Shown: one piece after another, positions 33,366 to 45,976 of the stretch
Position numbering within the stretch: the first letter of the stretch is position 1
Layout of the letters: each line of letters begins with the position of its first letter
IMG/VR virus record: IMGVR_UViG_3300028864_000014
Span: 124,001-188,000 of that record
Strand: one strand, 5' to 3'
DNA: 64,000 bases
The notes under the pieces: model-generated
What the model saw: only the letters and a program-made list of their open reading frames with translations
What the model was told of the DNA's origin: nothing
Database searches by the model: none
Made by a program: the position numbers and the translations under genes

Positions 33366-33455
33366 TATTTATTATAATAATTAAAAAAAAGTTAAAAGAT
33401 TGTTTTATACAATCTTTTTTTTTGTATCTTTACACTCTAATTAATACATAAACAT

Positions 33456-34073
33456 ATGAACAATATTATTTCATGTAAAAAAGATGTTGATTATAAAATT
33501 GATATCTTTACTATTAAAGAAGCTAGTGATTTTTATAGTAAATTTATTAACAAAAATGACTATCATAATTATGAATTTGGATATGAAAGGTATAATTTAA
33601 AGAAAAAAATACAATATTTCGATTATATTGATATGCAATCTTATGGAGGATCAAAGAAATATAATGATACATGTAGATTAATAATAGCTCATAGTGATAC
33701 TGATATATTAGGAATATGTAAATTTGCACATTGGGATTCTAGTAATTCATATTCAATTAGTTACTTATCTACAAATAAAGATTTTTTTGAAATAGGAGTT
33801 TCAAAAAAATTACTTGAAAAAATGTTTGATTATTTTTCGAAAACCTATTCAAATGATGTTTTAGCATTTTCTGGCTATTCCGTAGAAGGATGGAAATATT
33901 TAAGAAAATCTATTTTAGATTTTTCTAATAAATATAAAGTCGCAATAAAAGAAAAAAGCATACAATATCCAGGAATAAGTGGTAGATTTACCGAAGAAGA
34001 ATATGAATTAATGGACAAAAGCAAAGAGGAAATTAAAAATAAATATGGATATAAAGACTCTTATGATTATTAA
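33456..34073 (+). CDS. putative GNAT-fold protein
   Basis: LIIAHSDTDILGICK, ISYLSTNKDFFEIGVSKKLLEKMF (motif A-like). Confidence 0.45.
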   Translation: MNNIISCKKDVDYKIDIFTIKEASDFYSKFINKNDYHNYEFGYERYNLKKKIQYFDYIDMQSYGGSKKYNDTCRLIIAHSDTDILGICKFAHWDSSNSYSISYLSTNKDFFEIGVSKKLLEKMFDYFSKTYSNDVLAFSGYSVEGWKYLRKSILDFSNKYKVAIKEKSIQYPGISGRFTEEEYELMDKSKEEIKNKYGYKDSYDY

Positions 34074-34147
34074 GAATATATATATTTATAGTATATATCA
34101 TGATCTTGCATCTTTTTAAATCATTTATTGAAAAATAAGTGATTTTT

Positions 34148-34179
34148 TTTGTTTATATCAAAAATTATTATTATCTTTG
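34148..34179 (+). promoter_or_regulatory. Bacteroidota sigma-A promoter
   Basis: TTTG, 20 nt, TATCTTTG (34172-34179). Confidence 0.75.
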
Positions 34180-35624
34180 ATAAAATTATTTATAATATAC
34201 AAATGAAAATAAAAGATTTTATATCAAGAAGCATTCAAAATTATCCAACATTATACAAAAGTGATAATTATTTTAATTCAAAACTTAAAGTGTTGAGTCA
34301 TATTTTTTTCTCAATTGGTAATGGTTATGAAGTAGCAGAAACTAATACACCAGAAGAAGGTGGCTATGTAGTAGAGCCAAAATATAAGAGAAATAAAGAA
34401 ACTGATGACTGGGATAGAATTAAAGATAAACCATATGGTAAAGATAAATACAAAGAATTACCAAAAGACTATTTTGAATCAGTCATGTATTATGTTAGTG
34501 GAATTGAAACTCCTATTGAGGTAATTCATAATAATCATGATTATGTATATTATAGATTTGATAAAAAAATAAAAGAATGTGATTTTTTTTATAAGCCAAG
34601 TTTAGTTGAAGTTATTAACGATCGTTCATTTAGCCCATATCCATTTAGTAAAGGGTTTTCACTTATTTGTGATATGTATTATAATAATGAATTTATGCAA
34701 CTAGATTGGACAGAAGAATCAATTATATTATGTAAAGAAACATTGAAATACTTTTTTAATGAAGAATTATATAAAGACAATACATATTATCCAACTGATA
34801 ATAATATTAAATCAGATTTGAATCATTTTCTTGAATATGATAAAAAAGGTCCAAAAGCTATAAAAGATTTACGTAAAACTTGGGGATATAAAGATTCTGA
34901 AATATGTCCTGACATAGAGGAAATTACTAATAGAAAATGGGAATCATGGACTGAATTTCATAATAGACAAATAGATTTTTTAAATAATTTTTTAAAAAAA
35001 TTTGATAAAGGATTCTCTGAAGAAGATTTTAAAAATGATTATATTAATAAAAATAAAAAGAAAGAAACTTATACAAAATATCAAAAAGCATCAAAACAAT
35101 TATTTCAAAAAGTATTTGGTGATGAGATTTATGAAAAATTTGAAAATACTCAGTTAAAAGAAATTGATTGGAAAGGTGTTGAAATAAAGTCGAACGAAAT
35201 TCTATCAATTATACCAAGTATAAAAGATAGATTTAAAAAAGATTTTTTTAATGATAGAAATTACTCTATGCTGGATTTATATATCACTTCTATTTTAAAT
35301 TATGGTTATCAATCTAAAATTAATTCTATTAACAATGATGAATCTATAGATTATAACGATTATCAGAATGCTGCAAAAGAATTATTAGAAATTCTATTTT
35401 GTGAATATAATTATGAACAAATTCAAGATTCACCAATGAATGAAGTTATTTGGAATGGTGTTGATATAACAACAAATGATATACTTAAATGTGTACCAAA
35501 CATCAAAGATAGATTTGAACAATCTTCATTAGATTATTTTAAAGATAGAGATGAATCTATGCTTGATTTATATATTATGTCAGTTTTTCATTATGGTTAT
35601 CAAGATAAATGCGAAAAAATATAA
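34149..35624 (+). CDS. large hypothetical protein (true start probably 34203) with an internally duplicated C-terminal module
   Basis: W.GV.I..N.IL...P.IKDRF...F.DR..SMLDLYI.S...YGYQ occurs twice. Confidence 0.75.
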   Translation: MFISKIIIIFDKIIYNIQMKIKDFISRSIQNYPTLYKSDNYFNSKLKVLSHIFFSIGNGYEVAETNTPEEGGYVVEPKYKRNKETDDWDRIKDKPYGKDKYKELPKDYFESVMYYVSGIETPIEVIHNNHDYVYYRFDKKIKECDFFYKPSLVEVINDRSFSPYPFSKGFSLICDMYYNNEFMQLDWTEESIILCKETLKYFFNEELYKDNTYYPTDNNIKSDLNHFLEYDKKGPKAIKDLRKTWGYKDSEICPDIEEITNRKWESWTEFHNRQIDFLNNFLKKFDKGFSEEDFKNDYINKNKKKETYTKYQKASKQLFQKVFGDEIYEKFENTQLKEIDWKGVEIKSNEILSIIPSIKDRFKKDFFNDRNYSMLDLYITSILNYGYQSKINSINNDESIDYNDYQNAAKELLEILFCEYNYEQIQDSPMNEVIWNGVDITTNDILKCVPNIKDRFEQSSLDYFKDRDESMLDLYIMSVFHYGYQDKCEKI

Positions 35625-35984
35625 TAAATTATGAAAGAAGATATAGAATTTACAAAATGGTGCTTTACAAATCATAAATATATTTATGATTTGAGAGAAG
35701 ATGCATGGTTTCATATTAAATCATTTAAAACTTATACATGGGAAGAGATTCATGAACATTATGTTAAATTAACTAAATTAAAAAATGAGCAAAAACATTT
35801 ATAATAAGAGTAAATTTGGTTTTTTATCTGAAGATAATAAATCATCAGAATTAATTGAATGCGATCGTTATTATTATCGACATGAAATTCGATTTTGTAG
35901 GAAATTTCCATTTTTAAAAAAAGAATTTATAGAATATAAATTTGTAGATGAACATTGGATTGAGCAATAAAAAATATTCAATAA

Positions 35985-36536
35985 ATGAAAAATCATAAAA
36001 TAATAGGTATTGATGGAAAAGAATATTATGTACATAGAAATATTGGAGTAGCTGGCTTTATATTTAGATATTATAAAGGAAATTTGCAGGTGTTAGCTAA
36101 TCAGAGAGGTTCTGGTACATCAAATCATAAATACTTATGGAATTGCCCTTGTGGTCATTTAGATTATGGTGAAACACTTAAAATGGCATGTTCAAGAGAA
36201 ACAAAAGAAGAATGTAAATTTGTAATTGATTATAATAAATTAGTATGTTTTGATATTAATGATTCGCCATCAGCATATTTACAAAATGTGACTCATAGAT
36301 TTTACTCACTATTAGGTAAAAAAGATGATACTAATAATATTGGCATAGGAAATGAAGGGGAATTAAATGAAGTTAATAATGTAAAATGGATTAATATATT
36401 TGATATTGATAACTATCATTGGGCATTTGAACATGATGATGTAATAAAAAATCTTTGCAGAAAAAAATTCAAATTAGGTGAATTATATCAATCCTGTTAT
36501 AAAATTTTTTATAGTTTTTTCAGAGTAAATATATAA
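35985..36536 (+). CDS. NUDIX hydrolase
   Basis: Nudix box G.LDYGETLKMACSRETKEEC. Confidence 0.88.
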   Translation: MKNHKIIGIDGKEYYVHRNIGVAGFIFRYYKGNLQVLANQRGSGTSNHKYLWNCPCGHLDYGETLKMACSRETKEECKFVIDYNKLVCFDINDSPSAYLQNVTHRFYSLLGKKDDTNNIGIGNEGELNEVNNVKWINIFDIDNYHWAFEHDDVIKNLCRKKFKLGELYQSCYKIFYSFFRVNI

Positions 36537-36593
36537 AATTAATATAATTAAAAATTAATAATTTAAAAAAATATATAGTGTAAAAAACTGTAT

Positions 36594-37460
36594 ATGAGAA
36601 AGGAAAAAATGATAAACTGGATAATTGACACAAATTTGTGGGATGAATATGAAGAACGTTTAATTGATTCCATAAAAAAATCAGGAGCGAATGTATGTTT
36701 TTATGATGAGATAAAAAATTCATCATTTAAAAAATTTATTACTAGCGAATTTTCATCTAATAATAATATTAATATATTTCATGGCTCACTTGGACATGGC
36801 AGACAATTAACACATCTACCAATTTATCCAGGAGTTTTTTTGACTATTGATAATTATGAATGTTATAATTATTATGGATATTTTGGTGATTATCTTCTTA
36901 ATGAAGATTATCTGATGATGGGTCTAAATGATGTATTAAGAAATAAAGATAAAATCTTTAGTACTTTTATTAATACCCATGTGTTTATAAGGCCTTCTAA
37001 TGGATTTAAATCATTTCCAGGACAAATGTTATCATTCAATAATTTTGAATCTGAATTTAGCTTATTAACAAAATCATATTGCGGATTAGATATGAACACT
37101 TTAGTATTAATATCTGATAGACAACAATTGAAAGAAGAATATCGTTTTATTGTGGTAGATGGAATAGTAGTATCTGGCTCACAATATTTTGATGAAGAAA
37201 ATATTGGAACATTTGATCCTTATTATGATAGAATTTGTCAAGATCAAAAAGCTACAGATTTTGCAATTAAAATGTCAAAAATATATCAACCTGATTTAGC
37301 ATATACTATTGATGTATGTAAAACAATTGATGATGAGTATAAATTACTTGAACTAAATTCATTTAATTGCGCGTCAATGTATGGAAATGATTATGATAAG
37401 GTAGTAAAAGCTGTCAATGAATTATCAACAAATGAGCACAATAAATTATTTAAAATATGA
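36594..37460 (+). CDS. ATP-grasp protein (DUF4343/R2K-like)
   Basis: FIRPSNGFKSF.G, EEYRFIVVDG, YTIDV, LLELNSFNCAS. Confidence 0.78.
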   Translation: MRKEKMINWIIDTNLWDEYEERLIDSIKKSGANVCFYDEIKNSSFKKFITSEFSSNNNINIFHGSLGHGRQLTHLPIYPGVFLTIDNYECYNYYGYFGDYLLNEDYLMMGLNDVLRNKDKIFSTFINTHVFIRPSNGFKSFPGQMLSFNNFESEFSLLTKSYCGLDMNTLVLISDRQQLKEEYRFIVVDGIVVSGSQYFDEENIGTFDPYYDRICQDQKATDFAIKMSKIYQPDLAYTIDVCKTIDDEYKLLELNSFNCASMYGNDYDKVVKAVNELSTNEHNKLFKI

Positions 37461-37937
37461 AATATAAACAATGTGTAGTGTATGTATATGATGATTGCTG
37501 TAAAGCAGATGGCCCTGATTGTAATTTTGATAACTGTGAACTTAGAATAAATAGGGAAAAAGGTATAATTTATAATACAATTAAACGTCGCACAGAATTT
37601 AAAAATTTATCAAAAAAAGAAAGAGATGAATGGTGTAGTCATTGTGGTTGTGAAGGTGGTTGTGATTTATGTAAGAATATAAATGATTAAAATATGAAAA
37701 TAGGAGATGAATTATTATGTAAATGTAAATCCATTTATAAAATCACATCTGCTGGAGTATTCAAAAAAAATACAAGATACAAGATACAAGATATAATATA
37801 CAATAAAGTAATTTACAATAATTCATATACTACAAGTATATCATATATAATTAATGAGCATTATTATTCAGAATATTTTGTAAATGCTCATTTTTATTCA
37901 GAACAAGATATTAGAAAATTAAAATTAGAAAAAATAA

Positions 37938-38447
37938 ATGAATATAGAATTAGAAAAAATTCTGAATGAAATTTCAGAATTAAATCACCTTGATGGTAAA
38001 AAATTTCTTGAAAGATTTCTTAAATATAACGAAGAATATGGTGAGTTTTCCGCAGAAGTTTGTAAACTTATTGGAATAACACAAAAACCATACGATGAGG
38101 ATCATTTGATTGAAGAAATGGCTGATGCCATTCAAAATCAATTCTCAGTATATTTAAATGTTTGTGAAATAGGCAAATTTTCAATTGAAGAAGTTTTCAA
38201 AAAAATAATAGTAAAAAATCAAAAGTGGAGAGAATGTTATCCTAAATATACAAATAAACAAACAAAAATTCATTCCTTAATTTTATTGAAAATTAGAGAA
38301 TCTAATGTTGTATATGTTGATGGCTATACAGTAAAAGATAATGTAAAAAATCCTCAAATATCAAATTATACAATATTATCTGATGATAAGTATAATATAG
38401 TACTTTTAGACCCTATTACAAAAACATTAAAACTTGAAACTATATGA
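37938..38447 (+). CDS. MazG-like nucleotide pyrophosphohydrolase
   Basis: KYNEEYGEFSAEV...EEMADAI acidic metal-binding pattern. Confidence 0.7.
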   Translation: MNIELEKILNEISELNHLDGKKFLERFLKYNEEYGEFSAEVCKLIGITQKPYDEDHLIEEMADAIQNQFSVYLNVCEIGKFSIEEVFKKIIVKNQKWRECYPKYTNKQTKIHSLILLKIRESNVVYVDGYTVKDNVKNPQISNYTILSDDKYNIVLLDPITKTLKLETI

Positions 38448-39288
38448 TAGAAAATAACTATCATTCTGCAGAAGCAATCTGTATTACTTGTGGAACTACA
38501 AAGGAAAACAAAAACAATGGACATTGTATAAATGGACATGATAATTGGCTTGAAGAAATAGATGATGTTCATATGTTTTATGACGCTACAATTAAGTTAG
38601 GCGTTTCATTACAAGTTATCATGAATTCATTTGATACTAATACTGATGTTGTAATACCAAATAATCATGTCAAATAAAATAACGAAAGAAAAAAATAAAG
38701 AAATTCGTAGTAAAATAGCATTAGAAAAGGAAATTAAAGAAAATCCCGAATGGTGTTATTGCGAAGAATTATCTGAATTAGAACCTGACGTAGATTTTGA
38801 AAATGATGAAATAATAGGTTATACTGATCCTGTTGATGGATTTCCATATCATAACTCAACTGGATATACTTTACCTATTTATATTTGTAAAAGATGTGGT
38901 AAAAAAATTTCACAAAGTATAGTATATTAGTTATGAAAAGAATGAATCGCAAAAAAATAATTATTGAACTTGAATGGTTAAGAAGTGCAATGTCTCATGT
39001 AATGTTAGACGCTAAAGTTGCTGGTATTGGATGGAAAGTTAAATCATATGGTGCATATCATGATAATGCAGATAAACTAATTGTAGAATTAGGTGGTGAA
39101 AGTACCAAAGATATTCAAGATGAAATTTTAGAAGGTTGGAAAGAAATAGATAACTCTAAATTAGAAGACATAAAAAAATATGTTTCTGATGAAGTAGGAT
39201 ATACAATAATTGATTCTGAAAATAAACAATATGGCGCTAGTGATGATGAGATTATAGAGATGATATTTAAAAAATTTATATTAAAAGA

Positions 39289-39906
39289 ATGAACTATACA
39301 GCAGAAGAAATTTGTAATGAATTACATTTAGACATAAATGAGATATTGAACATATTTCCATACGGATCACAAATATATGGGACTGCAGATGAGTATTCTG
39401 ATTTTGATTATATCATAGTTTATAAGAGATCAATATTACCAAGTGGATCATTTAAAGATAATGCAATATCATCATCTGATAGAGAAATTCAAGGAACTTG
39501 TTATTCAAGAGGAGGATTTATAGATGCAATAAATAATTATCAAATGTCAGTATTAGAATGTTTATTTTTACCTGAAGATATGATAGTTAAAAAAACTTTT
39601 GATTTTAAAATTTCCAAATTTGATAAAAAAGAATTTTCTAAAAAAGTTATAACATTAGCATCATCAAGTTGGCATAATGCTATACTGTCATATAAAGATG
39701 ATAATTTTGAATATGCATCTAAAAATATTTATCATGCATTGAGAATATTAAATTTTGGTATTCAAATTAAAGAAACTGGAAAAATATATGATTTTGGCTC
39801 AATGAATATAATTAAATCAAAAATATATGATGATGAAAACATTTGCAAGCCAAAGGATTGGTATGATATGTTTATTGAATTGAGTAACAAATTAAAAAAT
39901 AATTAA
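39289..39906 (+). CDS. Pol-beta-superfamily nucleotidyltransferase
   Basis: YGSQIYGTADEYSDFDY (GS...DxD). Confidence 0.78.
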   Translation: MNYTAEEICNELHLDINEILNIFPYGSQIYGTADEYSDFDYIIVYKRSILPSGSFKDNAISSSDREIQGTCYSRGGFIDAINNYQMSVLECLFLPEDMIVKKTFDFKISKFDKKEFSKKVITLASSSWHNAILSYKDDNFEYASKNIYHALRILNFGIQIKETGKIYDFGSMNIIKSKIYDDENICKPKDWYDMFIELSNKLKNN

Positions 39907-39908
39907 AT

Positions 39909-40934
39909 ATGAAATTATTAAATAAAATTTTTGGCAAAAAAAAGGAGCCAATTATTCTAAAAGGATATTATACTGGCACTATTCAATTAAATGAAAATGA
40001 ATCAAATTCTAGTAATGATTATGATTATGTAGTTCATGTATCAGAATTAGAAAGGTATAAAGATAATTTATCAAAAATAAAACTAGAAAATGTAGAAATT
40101 AAATCTGGAATGAATATAAACCAATTTAATTGGATAAAAACTTGTGTAAGAGAACAATTTGTATCAATTTATGAAACAAATAAAATACAATGGTTAGAAA
40201 ATATTTCTACCTTAAATGATGAAAGAGCTGAAAAGCTTAAACAAATTAAAAAATCAAAATAAAATGTTTAATAAAAAACAACCAATAAAAGGACCAAGAG
40301 GTTTTTATCTTGAAACTATTTCGACAAAACAAGGATATGATAAATATACAGTTTTTTTACATGTTATAGAAGTAGAAAGGTATGAAAATAATTATTCCAG
40401 AGTAATATTAGAAAAGGTAGAAATTGAGAAAGGGGATGATCCTGATAAATATGATTGGATGAAGACATGTGCAAAAAATAAATTTGTATCAATAGTCAAA
40501 ACTGATAAAGTAGAATGGTTGATGCCTACATTAAAAAATGATAGAAGAGATAAAATTTTAGAGATAAATAAAAAATAATCATGAGTAAAAAACCAAAATT
40601 ACCTCAAGGATATTACATTCATAAAACAAATCTTAGTAAAAGTATAGGTAGTTCAGAGTCATATGAATATAAAGTGATGGTTTATGTTGAAGAAGTAGAT
40701 AAATATAATGGAGGAATATCTAAAATAAATTTAGTGAGTTTAGAAATCATTTCAGGTTTTGATCCATCACAATTTGATTATGTTAAAAGAGCGACCAAAT
40801 CAAAATTTATATCAATTAAAAATACCTCTGATATTGAATGGCTGGTAAGTGAAAATGATATAAAACAAGAAAGAAAAGAAAAACTTGATAAAATAAATAA
40901 AAAGAATTTTATACAAAGATTATTTTCAAAATGA
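39909..40934 (+). other. three tandem paralogues (39909-40262, 40264-40578, 40581-40934)
   Basis: Shared G.Y...V.V.E...Y....S.I.L...EI..G.....DW/Y.K......F.SI..T..IEWL and C-terminal R.EK[LI]. Confidence 0.85.
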
Positions 40935-41485
40935 AAAATAACTATTTTATTGTTATTTTGTTTTCTATCGTATCAGTTATGATTATTATATCATCTTGTG
41001 TATATTCATTAAATATAACATTAAGCTCAACTGTATTTGTTTCGTCAATTATAAACGTTGTTTTATTCTATATTTTATATTATACATCACATTTAATTTA
41101 TAATATTTATGAAAAAATTTGATATTAAAGAATTAGCAAAAGATTTAGTTAATGATTCAGTATTTAAAAATACTAATGTTGATAATATAATTTGTGTTGT
41201 AGAAGGATTGAGTTTTTGCCAAGATTTAGATATGATAGAATTGAGAAAGTATATAAACATTGCTCAAAGAAGTAAAAAATTAATTAAAATTAATGGAAAA
41301 ACTCATTGATATAAAAGGATTAGCAAAAAAAATTGCTAGAGAAACATTTATTTTTAAAAAATTAAATGTTTGTCAAGAATATTATGATATAGGAATATTT
41401 AATAATTTTAGTTATGATGATGTTATTGAATTAGGAAAACAATTAAATAAAGAAACAAGAAAATATAAATTAAAAAAAATAAATA

Positions 41486-41962
41486 ATGAAAAAGAATTAT
41501 AAATTTTTCCTTAAAGGTGAATTCAGCAATTGGTTTCCTTCTATTTTTACAGTAGATGATGTGACATATAATTGCGGAGAACAGTATATGATGCATCAGA
41601 AAGCTATTTGGTTTAATGATATTGAAACAGCTAGAAAAATAATGAACTCTAGTTCTCCTTCTGACCAAAAAAAGCTTGGTCGTAAAGTTAAAAACTACAT
41701 TGATGATGTTTGGAATAATGTTAGATATGATGTAGTAAAAAAAGGATTACGAGAAAAATTTTCACAAAATCCTAATTTTAAAAATCTAATGTATAAATAT
41801 AAAGATTATATTTTAGTTGAAGCAAATCCAAAAGATAGAATATGGGGTATTGGGTTTTCTGATTATGATGCATTAAGTAACATTGATGATTGGGGACAAA
41901 ATCTATTAGGTAAAATGCTGAATGAAATAAGCAAAGAATTTTTTGATGATGAGAAAAGATAA
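41486..41962 (+). CDS. NADAR (YbiA-like) family protein
   Basis: FSNWFPS, GEQYMMHQKA, KKLGRKV, EKFSQN, LVEANPKDRIWGIG, GQNLLGKML. Confidence 0.93.
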   Translation: MKKNYKFFLKGEFSNWFPSIFTVDDVTYNCGEQYMMHQKAIWFNDIETARKIMNSSSPSDQKKLGRKVKNYIDDVWNNVRYDVVKKGLREKFSQNPNFKNLMYKYKDYILVEANPKDRIWGIGFSDYDALSNIDDWGQNLLGKMLNEISKEFFDDEKR

Positions 41963-43346
41963 AATATTGTATTTGTTGAATGAATATAACGTTAAATATT
42001 CTACTGATTCTTATAGAGTTGATATTAAATATGAATATGGAGATTTCGTGTTTTATCTTAATAACTCTATGACAGGAGAAACGTGTTATGAAAAATTAAC
42101 TCCTGTATATGATATTAAAACTACAAGGAAATTGAAATTAGAAGAAATATGCAAATAGGTGATTATTTAATATGTAAAGATGATTATTATCTGGATAATG
42201 TATCAAAAAAATCTGGTGTTAAGATTGTTAATAATTTTTTTAGAAAACCATTTTTTATAAAAAACGAAAAATACAAAATAGATAATATCATTTTTGTGGA
42301 TGTGAATATAAGTTCATATACTTCTGGTACCACAAATAATTGTAGTCCAGATATTCATATTACATATAATATTAAAAATGATTATTTTGATTCCGAATTT
42401 ATTCCAAAATGGTTTTATGATATAAAAACAATTAGAAAAGAAAAAATCAATAAAATAGATAAATTATGCAAATCAAAATATGTGGTGGGTTGAATGATGT
42501 TGAATCACCATTAGATGAAATTTTGTATCAAACTATTATTCCAAGAATAGACGACATCATTTACTTTAAAAATAAAAGATATAAGGTGTATGAAATAATA
42601 ATTGATTATGATTATAATGAAATAAGTGTTTATGTCAAAGATAGTATAAAATAATATCTACTAAATTTTTAGTATTTGATTTTTTTATGTATCTTTGTTT
42701 TTAAAATAATATAATGATTAATAAAACTAAACCATATATTTTATATTCTATAGATAATGTATCAGAATTAGAAAAAATTCAAATTGAGTTATTTTCTAAA
42801 GGATATAAATGGCTAGATGGTCCTAATGTAGATATTACATTTGTAAATATGTATTCACCACCTAAATTTCCAATATATATTTCAAATTTACCAAATAATT
42901 TGATTGGTGATATTAAAAGTGATTTAGATAAAAGAAAAAATTTCAATGAATATAATAATAACATTTTATTTTTTTCTGTTATTAAAGAAGATTTTGATTT
43001 AAATTTATTAAGAAAATATAAGTTATTAAAAATAAAATCATATGATTAATGTATCATATGAATTTATAATAGAATTAGATACTATTATAAAAATAAAAAG
43101 TGTTGATGATGTACTAGATTATATCTTTTGCTACATATCTAGATTTCTGTGTTTAAAAGATGCTACAAATATTGTTAATGATATATTAAAGAATATTGAT
43201 ATTGAAAAATATGATGATACTATTTTAATAGGAATTTTAACTTCTATGATTCATCATAAAAATATATTATATTACGAAACATTTTATGAAAAAATTATGA
43301 TACTTTTAACTTCAAAATATGGAGAAGAAGAAACAACACAAATATT

Positions 43347-45213
43347 ATGGGGATTAAAAAATTAATAAAAGGAATATTTAAATTAAAAAAAACTTCAAAT
43401 AATACTGAAGTTGATGTTGAATTAGAAAATGAAGTCAAAGTTGATGTTGAAAATTCTGATGAATCAGAAGAAGAGAGTATTCTAGATGATTTTTCAATTT
43501 TACTTACAGGTGAAATATTAAAGAGTGAGGAACCTTATAAATCTCCTGAAAGTAATATTACTGAATCTGATAATTTAGCATATCAATATTATCTATTAGA
43601 TTATAAAGATATGTACAGGTGGCATGATAAGTGTCCTGCATCTCAACTTTATATTATGGATCATTATTATGGACAGAAATTTAATTCATATCATGAACAC
43701 GATGTAATAGATGATTATTATGAGAGAGCAATTAAAAATTTAAGAAAACAAAAATTAGATAAATTAGATGACAATTGATGAAATTGCTTATGGTATATTC
43801 ATAGAAGAATTTAATACATTAAAATTGTATGAATATCTTACTCCTCCTTCTAAGTCTGAATTTATAGCTGGAAAAAATCATGAGACTTCTTTTTATAAAA
43901 CAGCAAAAAATATTTTAAGAAAACAAAAATTAGAAAAACTTAATATTTTATGAAAATTGATTATACTATTGATATTGATGATATTAGTGATATTGACAAT
44001 TCTGCTTATGAATTGTATATAGAAGAATGCTGTGACAAAGAACAAATTAAAAAATTTTACATAAGTTCATCTTTTATATCTATTGAATTTTTTATATATT
44101 ATAAAGGTAGTTTTAGTGAATATTATGATAAAGCAAAAAATCATTTAAGAAAAAATAAATTAGAAAAACTTAACATTTTATGACAATAAATAATAGTGAG
44201 ATTGATAATTTAGCATATGAAATATATGAAAAAGAATATTATGAAAAGTATGAAAAAGGCGCATCAGTTTTCACTAAAAATTTTTTTATATTTCACAAAG
44301 ATTGTTTTCCTGAATATTACAATAATGTAGAAAAACATCTAAGAAAAAAGAAATTAGAAAACCTTAATATATTATGATAATTAATAATATTAGTGATATT
44401 GATAATTTAGCATATACAGAATATGAAAATTATCAATATGATACATATGGAGAGTATGTTTATATTTTAAATAAATCATATTTTATAAATAATAAAGAAA
44501 CTTTTTATGAGTATTATTATAAGTTAGAAAAATATATAAGAAAACTAAAATTAGAAAAATTAATAAATGTTCAAAATTAAGAAAAAAATTGAAAATATAG
44601 ATGACATTGCATATAAGTATTATATTTCTGATATTAAGCTTTCTTTTGGCAATGATACTGTGTATCTATGCTTTAATTCTTTCCTTATTGATAGTGTACT
44701 TGAAGAAAACTACGAAAAATATTACGAAAAATATTATATAAAAGCTATCTCAATTATTAGAAAAAGAAAAATTATAAAATTAAATGAAATTTACTAAAGA
44801 TATAGGAAAATGGTCTGATTATTCTACTATATTAGATGATATAGTTTATCAATTATATTTAAATGAAATGGAAGATGATGAATCAAGAAAAAATCCTACA
44901 GATCAAAAAATTCTTATTAATATTCATTCTAAATATAAAATTGATAAAATAACTAGAGCATATAAGATAGCTTTAAATATACTAAGAAAAGAAAAAATTG
45001 AAGAAATAAACAATGCAAGAAGTTGGAAATAAATACACCGAAATAGAAAATACTGCATATGAATTATTTTTAAATAATGAAAAATATTTAAGTATAAAAT
45101 TATTTGTTGTTTGTCATGATGTATTTGATATTTATAATGAATATTATAAAAAAGCTAACGATAGATTACGAAATAAAAAATTAAAAAAATTAAAAGATTA
45201 TGAAAATAAATAG
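43347..45213 (+). other. tandem array of 8 small D-x-[LI]-A-Y...YYxKA..LRKxKL paralogues
   Basis: ORFs starting 43347, 43768, 43950, 44180, 44374, 44567, 44784, 45013. Confidence 0.88.
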
Positions 45214-45976
45214 AGAACAATATGATGAAATATGTGAAGATGATGGTAATTTTTACATTGATGATTTTCCAATTAGTTCAAACCAAGATATTATGTTTGA
45301 ATTATTTACAAATCTACCTTCTCATGAAAAATCATTAGCAATTGAATGGGGATTCAATGATACTGTCTTCAGAGATAATGTTTTTGTTATATTATGCAAA
45401 TCTCAATTAGGAATGACATGTAAAGAATATTATAGCAGTAAAGAATTTAAAAATTATATGGATAATGGAGAATTAATAGAATTAGACTTTAATAAAATAA
45501 AATAAAATAAAATAAAATAAAATAATGGTAGGCTTAGATAATCAAGATGAAATAATTGAAAATGAAAAAAGGATATCTGATTTCATGAAAGTTGAAAATG
45601 TGTTTTCATATATTAATAGAGATGGTTTTTTAGGAATGTATATTGCAGAAGATAATGAAGGTTCAATAGATTATACTCATTCTGGTATAAATTGGTTAAA
45701 TTATAAATCTTGGAAAAATATAATGCCTGTTGTTGAAAATATTGAAAGTGTATTTGAAACTGAAAAAAATAAAGAATCAGTTGATATAACATCAAGACAC
45801 GTTATATATTCACATTATAATGACCACTATGAATGTGAATTTAGAATAATTGTAGGCTGCTTTTTAGAATCACCAGAAAAAATAAAAGTAGAATCAAAAT
45901 TAGAAGCTGTTTATATGGTTGTGACTGAATTTATTAAGTGGTATTCAAAAGCATATAATACTATCGATTTGAATAA

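Noticed and set aside
43740-44377. About 38-bp repeats spaced about 175-230 bp apart, resembling a CRISPR or integron cassette array
   Set aside because: Degenerate, non-palindromic, in-frame coding for the RKxKL tail; no cas or integrase gene in the window
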